From an uncultured Gemmatimonadales bacterium (GTDB lineage: Bacteria; Gemmatimonadota; Gemmatimonadetes; Gemmatimonadales; GWC2-71-9), in contig CAWCLG010000003.1 in the NCBI GenBank assembly GCA_963796335.1, positions 129,795-193,794 of the forward strand: a stretch of 64,000 bases of DNA, in the 5' to 3' direction. Numbering within the stretch: position 1 is the first letter of the stretch; each line of letters begins with the position of its first letter. Below are positions 63,796 to 64,000 of this stretch, piece after piece. A model generated the notes under the pieces. It worked only from the letters and a program-made list of their open reading frames with translations. It ran no database searches and was not told the origin of the DNA. The translations under genes were made by a program, and so were the position numbers.

Positions 63796-64000
63796 ATGGC
63801 GACGACGATGACCCACCCGACAGGAACCCGCGAAGAGTGGCTGGCGGCGCGAGTCAAGCTGCTCAAGGCGGAGAAGGACCTGACCCACCGCAGCGATGAC
63901 GTGGCCAAGCAGCGGCAGGAGCTGCCGTGGGTCCGCATCGACAAGGAATATCACTTCGATACCGACGACGGACGCGCGACGCTGGCGGACCTGTTCCGGG
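63796..64000 (+). CDS. DUF899 thioredoxin-like family protein; 5' part only, runs off the window
   Basis: ATG at 63796 after AGGAGAA. Hand translation: MATTMTHPTGTREEWLAARVKLLKAEKDLTHRSDDVAKQRQELPWVRIDKEYHFDTDDGRATLADLF matches the conserved DUF899 N-terminus. It is not in the ORF track because no stop is reached. Confidence 0.75.
   Translation, partial: MATTMTHPTGTREEWLAARVKLLKAEKDLTHRSDDVAKQRQELPWVRIDKEYHFDTDDGRATLADLFR

Overview
This is a 64-kb bacterial chromosomal segment with very high G+C by eye (roughly 70%; not computed). SusC/SusD, GH57 glycogen enzymes and ECF/DUF4097 modules in a high-GC background suggest a Gemmatimonadota-like organism, but that is inference only.

I can support about 55 protein-coding loci and three tRNAs: Leu-GAG, Thr-CGT and Pro-GGG. 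I see no rRNA, CRISPR array, transposase, integrase or recognisable prophage.

Gene content is mostly housekeeping:
- hybrid PAS histidine kinase and MgtC
- MltD-like transglycosylase
- a DUF4956 / beta-propeller / metallophosphoesterase operon, and an Omp85-like barrel protein
- MocR regulator with an EamA exporter
- ECF sigma, anti-sigma and DUF4097
- hutU-hutI, SusC/SusD, aguA-aguB, and two c-type cytochromes
- a glgP-glgA-GH57-GH57 glycogen operon
- SWIB and ettA, thrA-thrB-thrC, pntAA-pntAB-pntB
- a sigma-70 family factor
- a small accessory-looking block at 57.6-64 kb

Two things stand out.
1. Nearly every gene left of about 44.5 kb is broken by frameshifts, and one by an in-frame stop. 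Everything to the right is intact except one truly degraded SDR gene.
2. The non-coding DNA contains unusual structured repeats. These are inverted arrays of 8-nt-periodic GGGCAG units sitting on the stop codons of convergent genes (29.6 kb and 41.0-41.25 kb, with a related tract at 40.34 kb), and a 112-bp palindrome built from CACGGAG heptads between thrA and a divergent gene pair.

Most long ORFs in the six-frame track are high-GC shadow frames and were not called.
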